A stretch of 64,000 nucleotides of DNA. Source: Candidatus Micrarchaeia archaeon. Lineage in GTDB: Archaea > Micrarchaeota > Micrarchaeia > CAILAH01. Within the stretch, counting starts at the first letter, position 1, and each line of letters opens with the position of its first letter. The stretch lies in the NCBI GenBank assembly GCA_038874595.1, contig JAVZCB010000001.1:132397-196396 (forward strand). Direction: 5' to 3'. Of the stretch, positions 1 through 9,100 are shown piece after piece. The notes under the pieces were generated by a model. It saw nothing but the letters and a program-made list of their open reading frames with translations. It did no database searches and had not been told where the DNA came from. The translations under genes were made by a program, and so were the position numbers.

Positions 1-745
1 TCATAATATCAGGCCTGAAGAAAGGATAATCATTATTGCCACCATCCCAGATAATAACATCCGCTTCCTTTTCTGCGTTGCGCAATACCCTCTCATAATC
101 AATGCCTGCATACACTATGAAACCGTTGCGTATGTGCCTTTCATAATCCTCCCTTTCCTCAATAGTACAGCCGTGCGCATCAAGGTCGTTAAGCGATGAG
201 TACCTTTGCACAGCTTTCTTCTCAAGTTCACCATACGGCATAGGATGCCTTACAATTACTGTCCTGAATCCTTTTTTCCTGAGCCATTGGCTTACATATT
301 CGGTCATCGGGCTTTTGCCGGCACCAGTCCGAGTCGCACACACTGCAATAACTTTCTTTTGGCTTTTTAGCATTGTCGCGTTTGGGCCCAATAGTATGAA
401 AGATGCACCAGCTGCAAGCACACGCGATGCAATGTGCATCACAGCGTTATGGCTCAGGTCTGAATAAGAGAGGCACGCAAGGTCAACACTCTTCTCTCTT
501 ATTATTTTTTCTAGGTCACTCTCTTTGTATATTGGTATCCCGTGCGGGTACAATTTCCCTGCAAGTGACGAAGGATACATGTCAAGCTGGACTGGGAGCT
601 GATCGGCTAATGTGAACCCAACAACCTCATATCCTATCTTATCCCTGAAATACACATTGAAATTGTGGAAGTCCCTCCCGGCGGCACCTAATATGAGAAC
701 ACGCCTTCTTTTCAGCACGCGGTTAATGATTTGCATATGTGTCAT
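1..745 (-). CDS. COG2403-family P-loop protein (cyclic 2,3-diphosphoglycerate synthetase-like GTPase); C-terminus runs off the window edge
   Basis: Open minus-strand frame from ATG at 743-745 to position 1, absent from the ORF track because no stop lies inside the window. Translation MTHMQIINRVLKRRRVLILGAAGRDFHNF...VIAVCATRTGAGKSPMTEYV...DGGNND has a Rossmann-like N-terminus and a P-loop. Confidence 0.5.
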   Translation of the reverse strand, partial: MTHMQIINRVLKRRRVLILGAAGRDFHNFNVYFRDKIGYEVVGFTLADQLPVQLDMYPSSLAGKLYPHGIPIYKESDLEKIIREKSVDLACLSYSDLSHNAVMHIASRVLAAGASFILLGPNATMLKSQKKVIAVCATRTGAGKSPMTEYVSQWLRKKGFRTVIVRHPMPYGELEKKAVQRYSSLNDLDAHGCTIEEREDYERHIRNGFIVYAGIDYERVLRNAEKEADVIIWDGGNNDYPFFRPDIM

Positions 746-775
746 GCTTTTTAATTTTCCCCTAAAACTTATATT

Positions 776-2032
776 ATGTATGACTTAATGCGGCCGATAC
801 AGGATAACTTTTACATGTCTGAAGGCATAATCAGGTACTCGCTTATCAGGGGCCACGCAGTCCCTTCAATATCACCTTCAGTACACTATGCAAGTGGGCT
901 TTTTGAGGGGATGAGCATCATCGCACTGCGCAACGGCCCTCGGCTTAAATTAGGCTTATTCCATCCAGCACTTAACTTTGAGCGGCTTAGGCATAACTTG
1001 AAAGGGCTTGGTTATGATTGGGAGCTTTACAGTGATGAGCAGATAATAGAGAGCATATTTACAATATGTGCACTGAACAGCTGGAACAATGTGATTGAGC
1101 TTGAAGGTGCCAACACTGTTATAAGCAGTGGGGACAAAGAATACCAGCGGATTTATGTACGCCCTCTTGTATACTCAAACTACAATGGGATAGGGATCGT
1201 TGAGCCCAGAAATATTGAATTGATGCTTAACCTTGCACCTATGGGTGAGTATATACCTTGCTCAGACCCGGCGGGCACAACTGCCCTGCTATACCCGCAG
1301 CCGCGTTATTTGGCATTCCCGCAGTTCAAAGTATCAAGCAACTACCAGCTGTCAATTCATGCAAAAACGATGCTCACTGCATATAATAAAACAAATGACC
1401 TCAAATGCGAGGAGGTAGTGTTCCAGAATACAAAAGGCAATCTTACCGAGGGTACAGGTGAAAACTTAGTGCTTCTCAAAGATAATGAGCTCATTACTCC
1501 GCCTCCAAGTGAAGGTGCACTACCAGGTATAACTTATCGCATAGTATTCCTAATAGCAAACGAGTTAGGAACAAAGGCGCGGTTTGGAACTTTTAAGTAC
1601 AGTGATATAGAGTCTGCGGATGCGCTGTTTTTCACAGGCAATGCGGCCGGCATTGTCCCTATAAAGAGGATTGTGCGTGTTGATAGCAAGTACTCAACAC
1701 TTGATTATATGGATTGCAAGGAGGGCGGGAAAAATAATCTGATGTCCAAGCTTAAATCAGAGTACAACCGCGTTCTTCTTGGTGATACTGCCTATGGGAG
1801 CTTTTTCACTTATCTTGATGAGTGGCTTGATGAGAACAGGTTGGCAGAATTAAACGATCTAGGGTTAGAATTCAAGAGGCGGCTCACTGAAGAGAACCGT
1901 AGGTATGATGGCACAAACAGCAGCGTGCTTTCTTTTATGGAAATCACACCAAGAATTGCAGTTGAACGGAAATATTTTGATGACAAGAAATGGATGATTG
2001 AACGCCTTGGAATACGTAATTTTCTCAAATGA
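776..2032 (+). CDS. ilvE: class IV aminotransferase (branched-chain / D-amino-acid aminotransferase fold) with a ~100-aa C-terminal extension
   Basis: Motifs GLFEGM, RL..S, YVRPLVY, NYQLS, TEGTGENLVL, ITPPPSEGALPGITYR and FFTGNAAGIVPI match BCAT/DAAT fold-type IV. Start may be the internal MSEGII. Confidence 0.7.
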   Translation: MYDLMRPIQDNFYMSEGIIRYSLIRGHAVPSISPSVHYASGLFEGMSIIALRNGPRLKLGLFHPALNFERLRHNLKGLGYDWELYSDEQIIESIFTICALNSWNNVIELEGANTVISSGDKEYQRIYVRPLVYSNYNGIGIVEPRNIELMLNLAPMGEYIPCSDPAGTTALLYPQPRYLAFPQFKVSSNYQLSIHAKTMLTAYNKTNDLKCEEVVFQNTKGNLTEGTGENLVLLKDNELITPPPSEGALPGITYRIVFLIANELGTKARFGTFKYSDIESADALFFTGNAAGIVPIKRIVRVDSKYSTLDYMDCKEGGKNNLMSKLKSEYNRVLLGDTAYGSFFTYLDEWLDENRLAELNDLGLEFKRRLTEENRRYDGTNSSVLSFMEITPRIAVERKYFDDKKWMIERLGIRNFLK

Positions 2033-2078
2033 TGATTCTTCTTTTTATAGGTAATTATAGAGAAAATTATAGAAAAAA

Positions 2079-2294
2079 TGCGGCCGCCGGGATTTTCACA
2101 CAGCTTTCTTTGGAATGCCTAAGAAAGCTGGCAAAGAAGACTCAATTGTTTCTTTTTGCCAACTTTAATCATCCAAGGAAATGGCTGCTTTGAACCCGGA
2201 TCATAAGCTTTCTTTTTTCTGGCGCCGCTCTTTAGGCACCCCGAAAGAGCGGCTTGGAAGGCTCATGTCCTAACCAGGTTAGACTACGGCCGCA
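2079..2294. ncRNA. candidate structured ncRNA (~216 nt), identity unknown
   Basis: An 8-bp GC terminal helix (TGCGGCCG 2079-2086 with CGGCCGCA 2287-2294) encloses helix CCGGG/CCCGG and three hairpins. Two have perfect 10-bp stems (CAGCTTTCTT..AAGAAAGCTG at 2101-2130; GCCGCTCTTT..AAAGAGCGGC at 2224-2253); the third is an imperfect GGCAAAGAAG..TTCTTTTTGCC stem. AAGCTTTCTT at 2213-2222 can pair with 2121-2130 instead of 2101-2110. No ORF. Confidence 0.35.
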
Positions 2295-2364
2295 CGAGGA
2301 GTATTTAATTTCCAAAGTATTAAAAAACCAAACTTTATTCGCATGAATTCTGGAAATGAAGAGA

Positions 2365-2660
2365 TTAGAAGGAGAGAGGTGGGCGAAGCCCCCTTCCTCT
2401 CCTCTTATGGGGCTGCCCAGATTTCCACGCCTCTTCTCGTGCAGATTTTTTTATCCTGCAAAGAGAGGGCTTTGAACTGGGGTCTCCAACTTATCCGAAG
2501 AGATAAATCTCTTCAACCCATCCCAGAGGTTGAGAAGGGAGGGGCTCTGCCTCACCCATGAAGATCCACTTTGTTGTGGATACATCTCAACACCCCGAAG
2601 GGGTTGGGTTGAGAAGGGAGGGGCTCTGCCCCACCCTTCTCCCGAAGCTGGAAGCATACC
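2365..2660. repeat. GC-rich hairpin/direct-repeat region (possible second structured RNA)
   Basis: Two near-identical 30-bp direct repeats GGTTGAGAAGGGAGGGGCTCTGCC(T/C)CACCC at 2528-2557 and 2597-2626, and a related GAGAAGGAGAGAGGTGGGCGAAGCCCCCTTCCTCTCCTC hairpin at 2369-2412. Also hairpin CTCAAC-a-CCCC-GAAG-GGGG-ttgg-GTTGAG at 2568-2603. GC-rich relative to surroundings. Confidence 0.3.
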
Positions 2661-2715
2661 AGGCTAGCCCACAGCCCCATGCTTATTACTAGCTCACCAA
2701 TTTCCTCGCAACGTT

Positions 2716-4086
2716 TTAGAGGGATTGATGCGCACCATACATCTCAATATCCTTTTTTATATCCTTAGATTTAGCGATTATACTTTTTAAATAGTTTGAC
2801 CTTTTTGCAATCTCATCATAGATTTTATTTTCTCCTACACCATTTGCAAACGCAATCTCCTCGATTATGCGCGACTTTGCAGGTGTACGCACAACAGTAT
2901 CCTTTTTTGGGTCGTACAAGTACAAATGCCGTATCATTATGGAGCCACGGCTCTCAGCCAGCTCGCACACTTCAACGACTTTCCTAACCTCACGCACCTT
3001 CCCATCACCATTAAATTTAAGGAACCTTCTTTGAACAATCACTAAGTCAATCGCATTAAAATCAGAGGGCATAACTTCATTGTAACGCAAACGGGATACA
3101 AGCTCTTTTGCACTATGCGCGTGCATAGTTGCATAACAGCCGCGGGCCTGGCCAGCATTCATGCTTTCAATCATTGCAAGTATCTCTTCTTTAGAGCGCA
3201 CTTCACCTATGATCACTCTATCTGGCCGCATACGGAGACTATCCTCTATCAGGTCTTTCATCTCAATCCCGAGCTGTGGGTTGGTCTTCATTTTGACCTG
3301 ATGTTTATGCGGTATTACTATCTCAGGTGTTTCTTCAAGGAGTATTATACGCTCACTTGGCGGTACAAAGGAGAACAGCGCATTCAACGTGGTAGTTTTA
3401 CCCGCAGCTGTATTGCCGCAAATTATTACATTTTTATCATTCTGGAAAACTGTCCATAAGAATGCGAGCAGGTCATAATTGTATCCAGTTTTAATCAGCT
3501 CACGTATAGTCAGGGGCGTTTTCTTGAACTTCCTGATTGTAAGCTCAAGGTCAGACACAGGCTCTATGGTTGCGTGCAATCTTGAGCCATCCGGCAGCAC
3601 AGCATTAAGCCGTGGATTCTGCAATGTTATTCGCCTACCAATTGTCCTGGACATTTTATTGATTATATCGATAATTGCTTCCCGCTCGATGAACATTACA
3701 TTAGTATCAAGCCATCCCTTTTCACGGTGGAATACAAATATTGGATTATCAAGACCTACAACCGCGATCTCCTCAAGCTCTTCATCTTCAAGCAAGTATG
3801 TAATCGGTCCGAACGCATACGTTGCAAGGTACGCCGCATCGGTAAGGTATGTTATCTGGTCTTCATCAGCACGAATATTATTTCTCTGCAGGTTTTGAAT
3901 CAGAAGCTTGTTAACAATCTTTTTAGCTGCGGCACCATTCTCAATAACTTCATCTTTAACGGTATCGCTGAATTCCTTGCATACATTGTTTATTACATCT
4001 ATCTCTTCAAGGCTTAGCTTCTGGACCGGAATTTTATACTGCCCACCGTCAATTACTTTCCATCCAATCCAAGACATTACGTACAC
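2716..4086 (-). CDS. type II/IV secretion-system ATPase (FlaI/ArlI / VirB11 / TadA family)
   Basis: Walker A GNTAAGKTTTLNAL, Walker B/His-box region RVIIGEVRSKE...GCYATMHAHS, 456 aa, typical of archaeal FlaI-like ATPases. Confidence 0.8.
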   Translation of the reverse strand: MYVMSWIGWKVIDGGQYKIPVQKLSLEEIDVINNVCKEFSDTVKDEVIENGAAAKKIVNKLLIQNLQRNNIRADEDQITYLTDAAYLATYAFGPITYLLEDEELEEIAVVGLDNPIFVFHREKGWLDTNVMFIEREAIIDIINKMSRTIGRRITLQNPRLNAVLPDGSRLHATIEPVSDLELTIRKFKKTPLTIRELIKTGYNYDLLAFLWTVFQNDKNVIICGNTAAGKTTTLNALFSFVPPSERIILLEETPEIVIPHKHQVKMKTNPQLGIEMKDLIEDSLRMRPDRVIIGEVRSKEEILAMIESMNAGQARGCYATMHAHSAKELVSRLRYNEVMPSDFNAIDLVIVQRRFLKFNGDGKVREVRKVVEVCELAESRGSIMIRHLYLYDPKKDTVVRTPAKSRIIEEIAFANGVGENKIYDEIAKRSNYLKSIIAKSKDIKKDIEMYGAHQSL

Positions 4087-4091
4087 CTATG

Positions 4092-4871
4092 CTATTTTCC
4101 AAATCTTCGTTCCCTTTTTGAATATTCTTTAAGTATCTTCTCAAAATCTTCCTTTGAGAAATCTGGCCAATACTTATCAACAAAGAACAGCTCACTGTAA
4201 GCACTCTGTAGAGGAAGCAATCCTGAGAGCCGGTATTCACCGGAAGTACGGATAATCAGGTCAGGAGGCTGCAAATCGCCGGTCCACAGGCGTTTCATAA
4301 TCTCTTCCTCATTTATCTCAGTGATTATACCTTTTTTGTAGTCCTCTGCAACTTTATGTATACAATCAATAATCTCAGGCTTACCCCCATAATTCAGCAG
4401 GAAATTGACACGATACTCCCCATTTTTTGAGGATTCCTTCTCGGCCCTTTTTATATACTCTTGCAGACGCTGTGGCAAATCATCAATCATCCCATAGAAC
4501 TTTATACTCACTTTTGGGTACTTACTTTCGTTTCCAGCCTCTTTTTCTTTCTGTGCGCGCTGTAGTATCTCCATAAGCTTTGTTTCAAACAGGCGCATCA
4601 GGCCCTCGACCTCTTCATTTGTCCTGTTTTTATTTTCAGTTGAGAACCCCCAAAAAGTTGCTGTATGTATGTTATGCTCTTTGCACCATTTAAGCACTTC
4701 ACCAATTAATTCAATACCTGCCTCATGCCCTTTAATTACATCTAACCCACGTTGTTTAGCCCACCTGCGGTTGCCATCTGGGATGAAAGCAATATGATCC
4801 GGTGTTTTTACTTCAGTATTCCCAGTTTTGCCAACTGGTTGTGAGTGTGCAGTGGACGTAATATATATCAC
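4092..4871 (-). CDS. uppS: undecaprenyl-diphosphate synthase (cis-prenyltransferase)
   Basis: HIAFIPDGNRRWA, ATFWGFSTENKNR, RLSGLLPLQSAYSELFF are hallmark UppS motifs. Confidence 0.85.
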   Translation of the reverse strand: MIYITSTAHSQPVGKTGNTEVKTPDHIAFIPDGNRRWAKQRGLDVIKGHEAGIELIGEVLKWCKEHNIHTATFWGFSTENKNRTNEEVEGLMRLFETKLMEILQRAQKEKEAGNESKYPKVSIKFYGMIDDLPQRLQEYIKRAEKESSKNGEYRVNFLLNYGGKPEIIDCIHKVAEDYKKGIITEINEEEIMKRLWTGDLQPPDLIIRTSGEYRLSGLLPLQSAYSELFFVDKYWPDFSKEDFEKILKEYSKRERRFGK

Positions 4872-5039
4872 CCTCTCTTCTTAAACCAACATTCCAATTA
4901 TTACCAGCTGTTACTGGAAGATATATGTACTTTATACAGGTGTGCTTTTTTAACTCTTTGATTGCCCGAGATGCGGTATGATTTAAACGCTTGTTGCAAT
5001 AATATTACCATTTATGAACTGCAACCCTTGTATACCTAC

Positions 5040-5999
5040 CTATTTTTGTGAGATTGGTTCTCCTAATAATATTTCGCATCCTGCAGGCAGTGAGAGCTGT
5101 CCTGCACCAACCAGCTTTACATATCCTATAAGCGGTAACGTAAGCCATGAGCGCCCGAGCACCTGCGATGCGCTGGCGATCGAATTTGTCCGCCTTAAGT
5201 TCTTATCATAGGCTTGCACATCAAACATCGGGTTATTATCCCCTTTTATTAGATAATAGCTTTCCCCATCTACATTTATTTTTACGATTGCCCTGTGTAT
5301 TATATCACCAATCTCTGAAAACAGGTCCTCTTTTTTAGGCCTGTATACGATTATATCCCCTGTACGGTCGACTGCACTGAAATAATGCCCTGCAATTGTG
5401 ACCCCTTCGGTACACACAATCTCCCCTGGTTTCCCACTTACCTTTATGCTGCACAATGAGCATTTATATTGCAATACCTCCCCCTTTGCTTCCAGTCCTG
5501 TTTGTGGGTTTATTGTGCACGGCCTTACAGTTATGCCGTCATCTGAGCACTTGCCACATACATAATGCTCCTCACCGTTTTGTAGTATTTTATTGAACTG
5601 CTCTTTTGTTAATGATACTTCGTATGCTTTGATGGGTGCGTTCTGGAGCAGCACAACATCACCGCGCTGCAAAGTATTAAGCATACTGCAGGAGACAACG
5701 GCGTTAAAAGGTGAGGATGTCCCAAGCAGTATGGATGCTGCAAACAGGACAGAGAGTGCAACCGCGATTGCAATTACAATTTCCCTCAATTCGTGCATTA
5801 TTCCTTTTTCTCTTGCGCTCTCGATGCTTTCTGCAACTACCCCCAGTATGAAAAATATCGCAGCGGTTATTGCAAAAATATCAATACGCACAATTACAAA
5901 TATTACTACAAAAGCTATCGCGAGAATATAGAACCATTTGTTCTTATTTATTTTTTTTATGGGTGCTAAGTCTTCTTCCATTAAATAAACACCTATCAC
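5040..5999 (-). CDS. signal peptidase I (archaeal/eukaryotic S26B type) with N-terminal TM extension and a Cys4 insertion
   Basis: SCSMLNTLQRGDVVL (SxSM box), downstream IKGDNNP, and an inserted CGKC...CSLC module. Confidence 0.6.
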   Translation of the reverse strand: MIGVYLMEEDLAPIKKINKNKWFYILAIAFVVIFVIVRIDIFAITAAIFFILGVVAESIESAREKGIMHELREIVIAIAVALSVLFAASILLGTSSPFNAVVSCSMLNTLQRGDVVLLQNAPIKAYEVSLTKEQFNKILQNGEEHYVCGKCSDDGITVRPCTINPQTGLEAKGEVLQYKCSLCSIKVSGKPGEIVCTEGVTIAGHYFSAVDRTGDIIVYRPKKEDLFSEIGDIIHRAIVKINVDGESYYLIKGDNNPMFDVQAYDKNLRRTNSIASASQVLGRSWLTLPLIGYVKLVGAGQLSLPAGCEILLGEPISQK

Positions 6000-6524
6000 C
6001 TATTCATATTTGATATTTGTTGCATTTTTGATGCATCTTGCAAATATGTCCGCAACGCGCACCGGCTCATAGCCTATCTTACGCACAAGCCCGACCGCCT
6101 CACTATAAGTTATGCCCGAGTAAGAAATATAATACCTACCAATCTTGAAAATCTCCTTAAGAAGAGATAATTTGTGTGGAAATTTCCTGGCAAGCGTACT
6201 TTTCAGCGCAGTGCCACGAACTTTCCTGTCTGTGATGCATACAACACCGCAATTCAGCTCTTTACTAATTTTATCAATATCAACTACGTTAAGGCCGGCT
6301 AGCGTGATGCTATGCACAAAAACAACTTTGCCCTGGTTTCCATATTTCTTTTTGAGCAGCTTTATAATTTGGTCTGTGGAGTCATCCCCATCAACCGTGA
6401 CGCGTGTAACCAGTGCATCTTCAACCTTTCCATATCGCATCACAATAGCAACAAGCACAGTTTCTCTGTCACCGCGTCTGAACGGTGCATCATCAATCCC
6501 AATTATACGGATTCCCGTTTTCAT
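6000..6524 (-). CDS. DUF99 / UPF0215 family protein (endonuclease V-like fold)
   Basis: RIIGIDDAPF...VLVAIVMR...DGDDST pattern; overlaps neighbours by 4 bp (operon). Confidence 0.55.
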   Translation of the reverse strand: MKTGIRIIGIDDAPFRRGDRETVLVAIVMRYGKVEDALVTRVTVDGDDSTDQIIKLLKKKYGNQGKVVFVHSITLAGLNVVDIDKISKELNCGVVCITDRKVRGTALKSTLARKFPHKLSLLKEIFKIGRYYISYSGITYSEAVGLVRKIGYEPVRVADIFARCIKNATNIKYE

Positions 6525-6787
6525 TTTGAGAATGCACTTTTAATATCCTCCAATGTGCCGATAGCCTCTTTTAATGCTTCCTTTAATAATTTCCGCGCTT
6601 CACCCTTTTTGGTTTTTAGCACAAGCAATGGCGGGTCCCTGCTTGGATGGCCTATCACATAAGTCACAAATTCCACATCCTTATTCTCGCTTAGTATATC
6701 TTTAAGAATAGCAGGTATGCTATATTCCTCCCCAATGAATTGTACTTCTATATGGTTTTTTTCATCAACAATAAAATTTACTTTCAC
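6521..6787 (-). CDS. rpoL: DNA-directed RNA polymerase subunit L (Rpo11)
   Basis: 88 aa; IPAILKDILSENKDVEFVTYVIGHPSRDPPLLVLKT resembles the RpoL core. Sits next to csl4, as conserved in archaea. Confidence 0.5.
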   Translation of the reverse strand: MKVNFIVDEKNHIEVQFIGEEYSIPAILKDILSENKDVEFVTYVIGHPSRDPPLLVLKTKKGEARKLLKEALKEAIGTLEDIKSAFSK

Positions 6788-7353
6788 ACCATCACCTCAA
6801 TATACGAGGACGAAATTTTTCGTGTCTCCGTCCTGTTGCAGTTTGAGCAGAACAATTTATTATCCTTATTAAGCACCAGCGGCCTCCTGCAGTTTGAGCA
6901 GAACGCTTTCATCACGCCAAGGTCCTTGCCTTTCATTATAACATCTATACCTCCGCGCTCAACCTTTGATACCTCAACTTTGACAATATCACCTACACGG
7001 ACGGCCTCAGACATATTTTTTAAGAAGACACCAAAAGACTTGACACCTTCTATACGCATCATTGCAGAATCATTTGCCAGGTTTACCCTCTTGTCGTTAC
7101 CATCCTTTTCATAGTCAAACAACGTCATCATCGCATGGGTTTCTCCAACACTATCAATTATTGCGTAAATTTTCTGCCCAACCTTGACGTTGACCGCGGT
7201 GGCAAAGCTGGGTTTTATACTTATTGTTCTTGTTTTTTCGTCAACCAGTTTATCCCCGCATAGAGATGCGCGCACCAGCTCATTCTCTATATAAGTGCCA
7301 TCCCCAGCTGCAAACTCAATTTCTTCTCCAAGCACTTTGCCCGGTGTTTCCAT
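6784..7353 (-). CDS. csl4: exosome complex RNA-binding subunit Csl4
   Basis: N-terminal domain, S1-like core and C-terminal zinc ribbon CSNCRRP...CSNCNRTE. Confidence 0.75.
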   Translation of the reverse strand: METPGKVLGEEIEFAAGDGTYIENELVRASLCGDKLVDEKTRTISIKPSFATAVNVKVGQKIYAIIDSVGETHAMMTLFDYEKDGNDKRVNLANDSAMMRIEGVKSFGVFLKNMSEAVRVGDIVKVEVSKVERGGIDVIMKGKDLGVMKAFCSNCRRPLVLNKDNKLFCSNCNRTETRKISSSYIEVMV

Positions 7354-7405
7354 AGCTAGTTTAAACGTTATTAGGTTTAAATACTTTCTAAAACAATTTT
7401 AGCTG
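7354..7405. promoter_or_regulatory. divergent promoter region with two TATA-like boxes
   Basis: GTTTAAACG and GTTTAAATAC lie between the csl4 start (minus) and the 7406 ATG (plus), 20-30 bp from each start. Confidence 0.3.
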
Positions 7406-8623
7406 ATGCCTCGCAAAACCCTTATATTATGTATTGACAGGGATGCTGACCTTAAAGAGAAAATAGGCGTTGTTGGCCCAGTTGTCGGGCGGGCGCGCAA
7501 TATTGATGTGGCCAACCGCCTCCTCCTGGCTGACCCCGAGGAAGTTGACGGTAATACAATATTTGAAGCAGTAAAGCTGTTTGATTCAATGAAAGCAAAC
7601 GGTGAGGATGTAGAAGTGGCAACACTTACAGGTGACCCATCACGGGGTTATGTGGCAGACAGGGAGATTGCAGAACAACTTGATAAGGTGTTAACTGAGT
7701 TTCCTGCGGAGGCTTGTATTTTTGTCAGTGATGGCGCAGATGATGAGCAGATACTTCCAATCATAAATTCCAGGATGAAAGTTGACAGTTTACGGCAGGT
7801 TTCTATGAAGCAGTCAAAAGAACTTGAGAGGACATATTTTCTTATCTTAGACAAGTTGAAAGAGCCGTACTTTGCAAGAATGTTTATCGGCTTGCCAGCA
7901 CTTATACTTCTAGCACTTGTTGCAAGCTATTCACTCGGGTTTGAATGGAAGCCTGTTGCCGCACTTGTTGGTATTTACCTGCTTGCGAAGGGGTTTGGCA
8001 TAGAAGATAGGATAATCTACATGCTTTCCCATTTCAAGGTTAGTGCTGAGGAGGTCAGTACTATTGCCTATGTAATAGCAATGCCTTTGTTTGTGCTTGC
8101 ACTATGGCTATCCGCGGATGATTACATAAAGACGGCTGCATCTATGGATAATCTCAAGGCGATAGGTCACAGTGTGCGCTCACTTGTCATTTTTATTGTG
8201 CCACCAATGGTACTCATATATCTTGGAAAGCTTTATGATAATATCAGGGATGGTAACAGTCTTGGAACTTTACGTATGATGTTTTATGTTATTATGACAG
8301 GCATTACGTTGTATCTGGTATGGGTCTTTGCAGGATGGGTGATTGCCGAAGTGTATTTCAGTGAATTTGTTAATGCGCTCATTGCAAGCATCATACTTGG
8401 AGCTATTACGATGGAAACAGTACAATATCTAAAGAGAGACACTATAAAGGGTGTTGACCTGCTCGGCAAGGAGGTCTATTCATCATCCGGCAATTATCTT
8501 GGCAGGGTTGTATCTGTAAGTGATGAGGATAAGGATTTTGTATATATTAATCCCTGGAAGAAAAAGCAGGTATGTGATTATGATAAGATAAAGGATATTG
8601 ATACTAGGATTAATCTTATTTGA
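7406..8623 (+). CDS. archaeal membrane protein (DUF373-like): soluble N-domain plus multi-TM C-domain
   Basis: N-terminal LILCIDRDADL...FVSDGADDEQ, followed by ~6 hydrophobic helices. Confidence 0.4.
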   Translation: MPRKTLILCIDRDADLKEKIGVVGPVVGRARNIDVANRLLLADPEEVDGNTIFEAVKLFDSMKANGEDVEVATLTGDPSRGYVADREIAEQLDKVLTEFPAEACIFVSDGADDEQILPIINSRMKVDSLRQVSMKQSKELERTYFLILDKLKEPYFARMFIGLPALILLALVASYSLGFEWKPVAALVGIYLLAKGFGIEDRIIYMLSHFKVSAEEVSTIAYVIAMPLFVLALWLSADDYIKTAASMDNLKAIGHSVRSLVIFIVPPMVLIYLGKLYDNIRDGNSLGTLRMMFYVIMTGITLYLVWVFAGWVIAEVYFSEFVNALIASIILGAITMETVQYLKRDTIKGVDLLGKEVYSSSGNYLGRVVSVSDEDKDFVYINPWKKKQVCDYDKIKDIDTRINLI

Positions 8624-8635
8624 AAATAGAAGAAG

Positions 8636-9100
8636 GTGGATATATCAATGATACCTGAATCGCAATATATTGAATCGACGATTGTGGTCCGTGATATGCG
8701 TATGCCGCAAGAGGTAACGCTGACCAAAGCGTCTTTGATAAGATGGTTAGCCCTTGCGCTGGGCTTGATTAATCCCAACGAGTCACGCAAATCCTTAATA
8801 GATCTTGTTGAGGTTCTTCTCAATCACCAGCTTAGAACAAGGCAAGGTATGTCTGTTGATGATATTATGTCTGCGCTCAAATCTGCAGGGAAGGTGTGCA
8901 GTGAGAAAACTGTTAGGTATCACCTGCTGAGGATGGAGAGACGCGGTGTGGTGCGCAGGAAGAATAAGGAATATTCATTTATCATATCAGACCTGGATGA
9001 TGCAGGCATTGAGTCAATAGCAGATTCTTATGATTTGAGATATAAAAGTGCAATGGATAAGATAAGGATTGCACTTTCCAAGCTTAAAGGGATGTACTGA
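8636..9100 (+). CDS. winged-helix DNA-binding protein (putative regulator)
   Basis: C-terminal RYHLLRMERRGVVRRK wHTH-like segment; 1-nt overlap with the next gene. Confidence 0.35.
   Translation: MDISMIPESQYIESTIVVRDMRMPQEVTLTKASLIRWLALALGLINPNESRKSLIDLVEVLLNHQLRTRQGMSVDDIMSALKSAGKVCSEKTVRYHLLRMERRGVVRRKNKEYSFIISDLDDAGIESIADSYDLRYKSAMDKIRIALSKLKGMY

Noticed and set aside
403-615. 70-aa plus-strand ORF.
   Set aside because: It lies entirely antisense to the continuous, motif-rich minus-strand COG2403-like gene (1-745), so it is spurious.
2079-2294. Assignment as SRP (7S) RNA or RNase P RNA.
   Set aside because: The conserved helix-8 motif (GGAAGG-AGCAGC context) and the RNase P P4 motif (AGGAAAGUCCGG) were not found by eye on either strand. 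Identity is left open.
2343-2657. ORFs of 72 aa (plus) and 68 aa (minus) in the GC-rich region.
   Set aside because: They overlap perfect hairpins and direct repeats with atypical composition. The structured-RNA or repeat interpretation is favoured.
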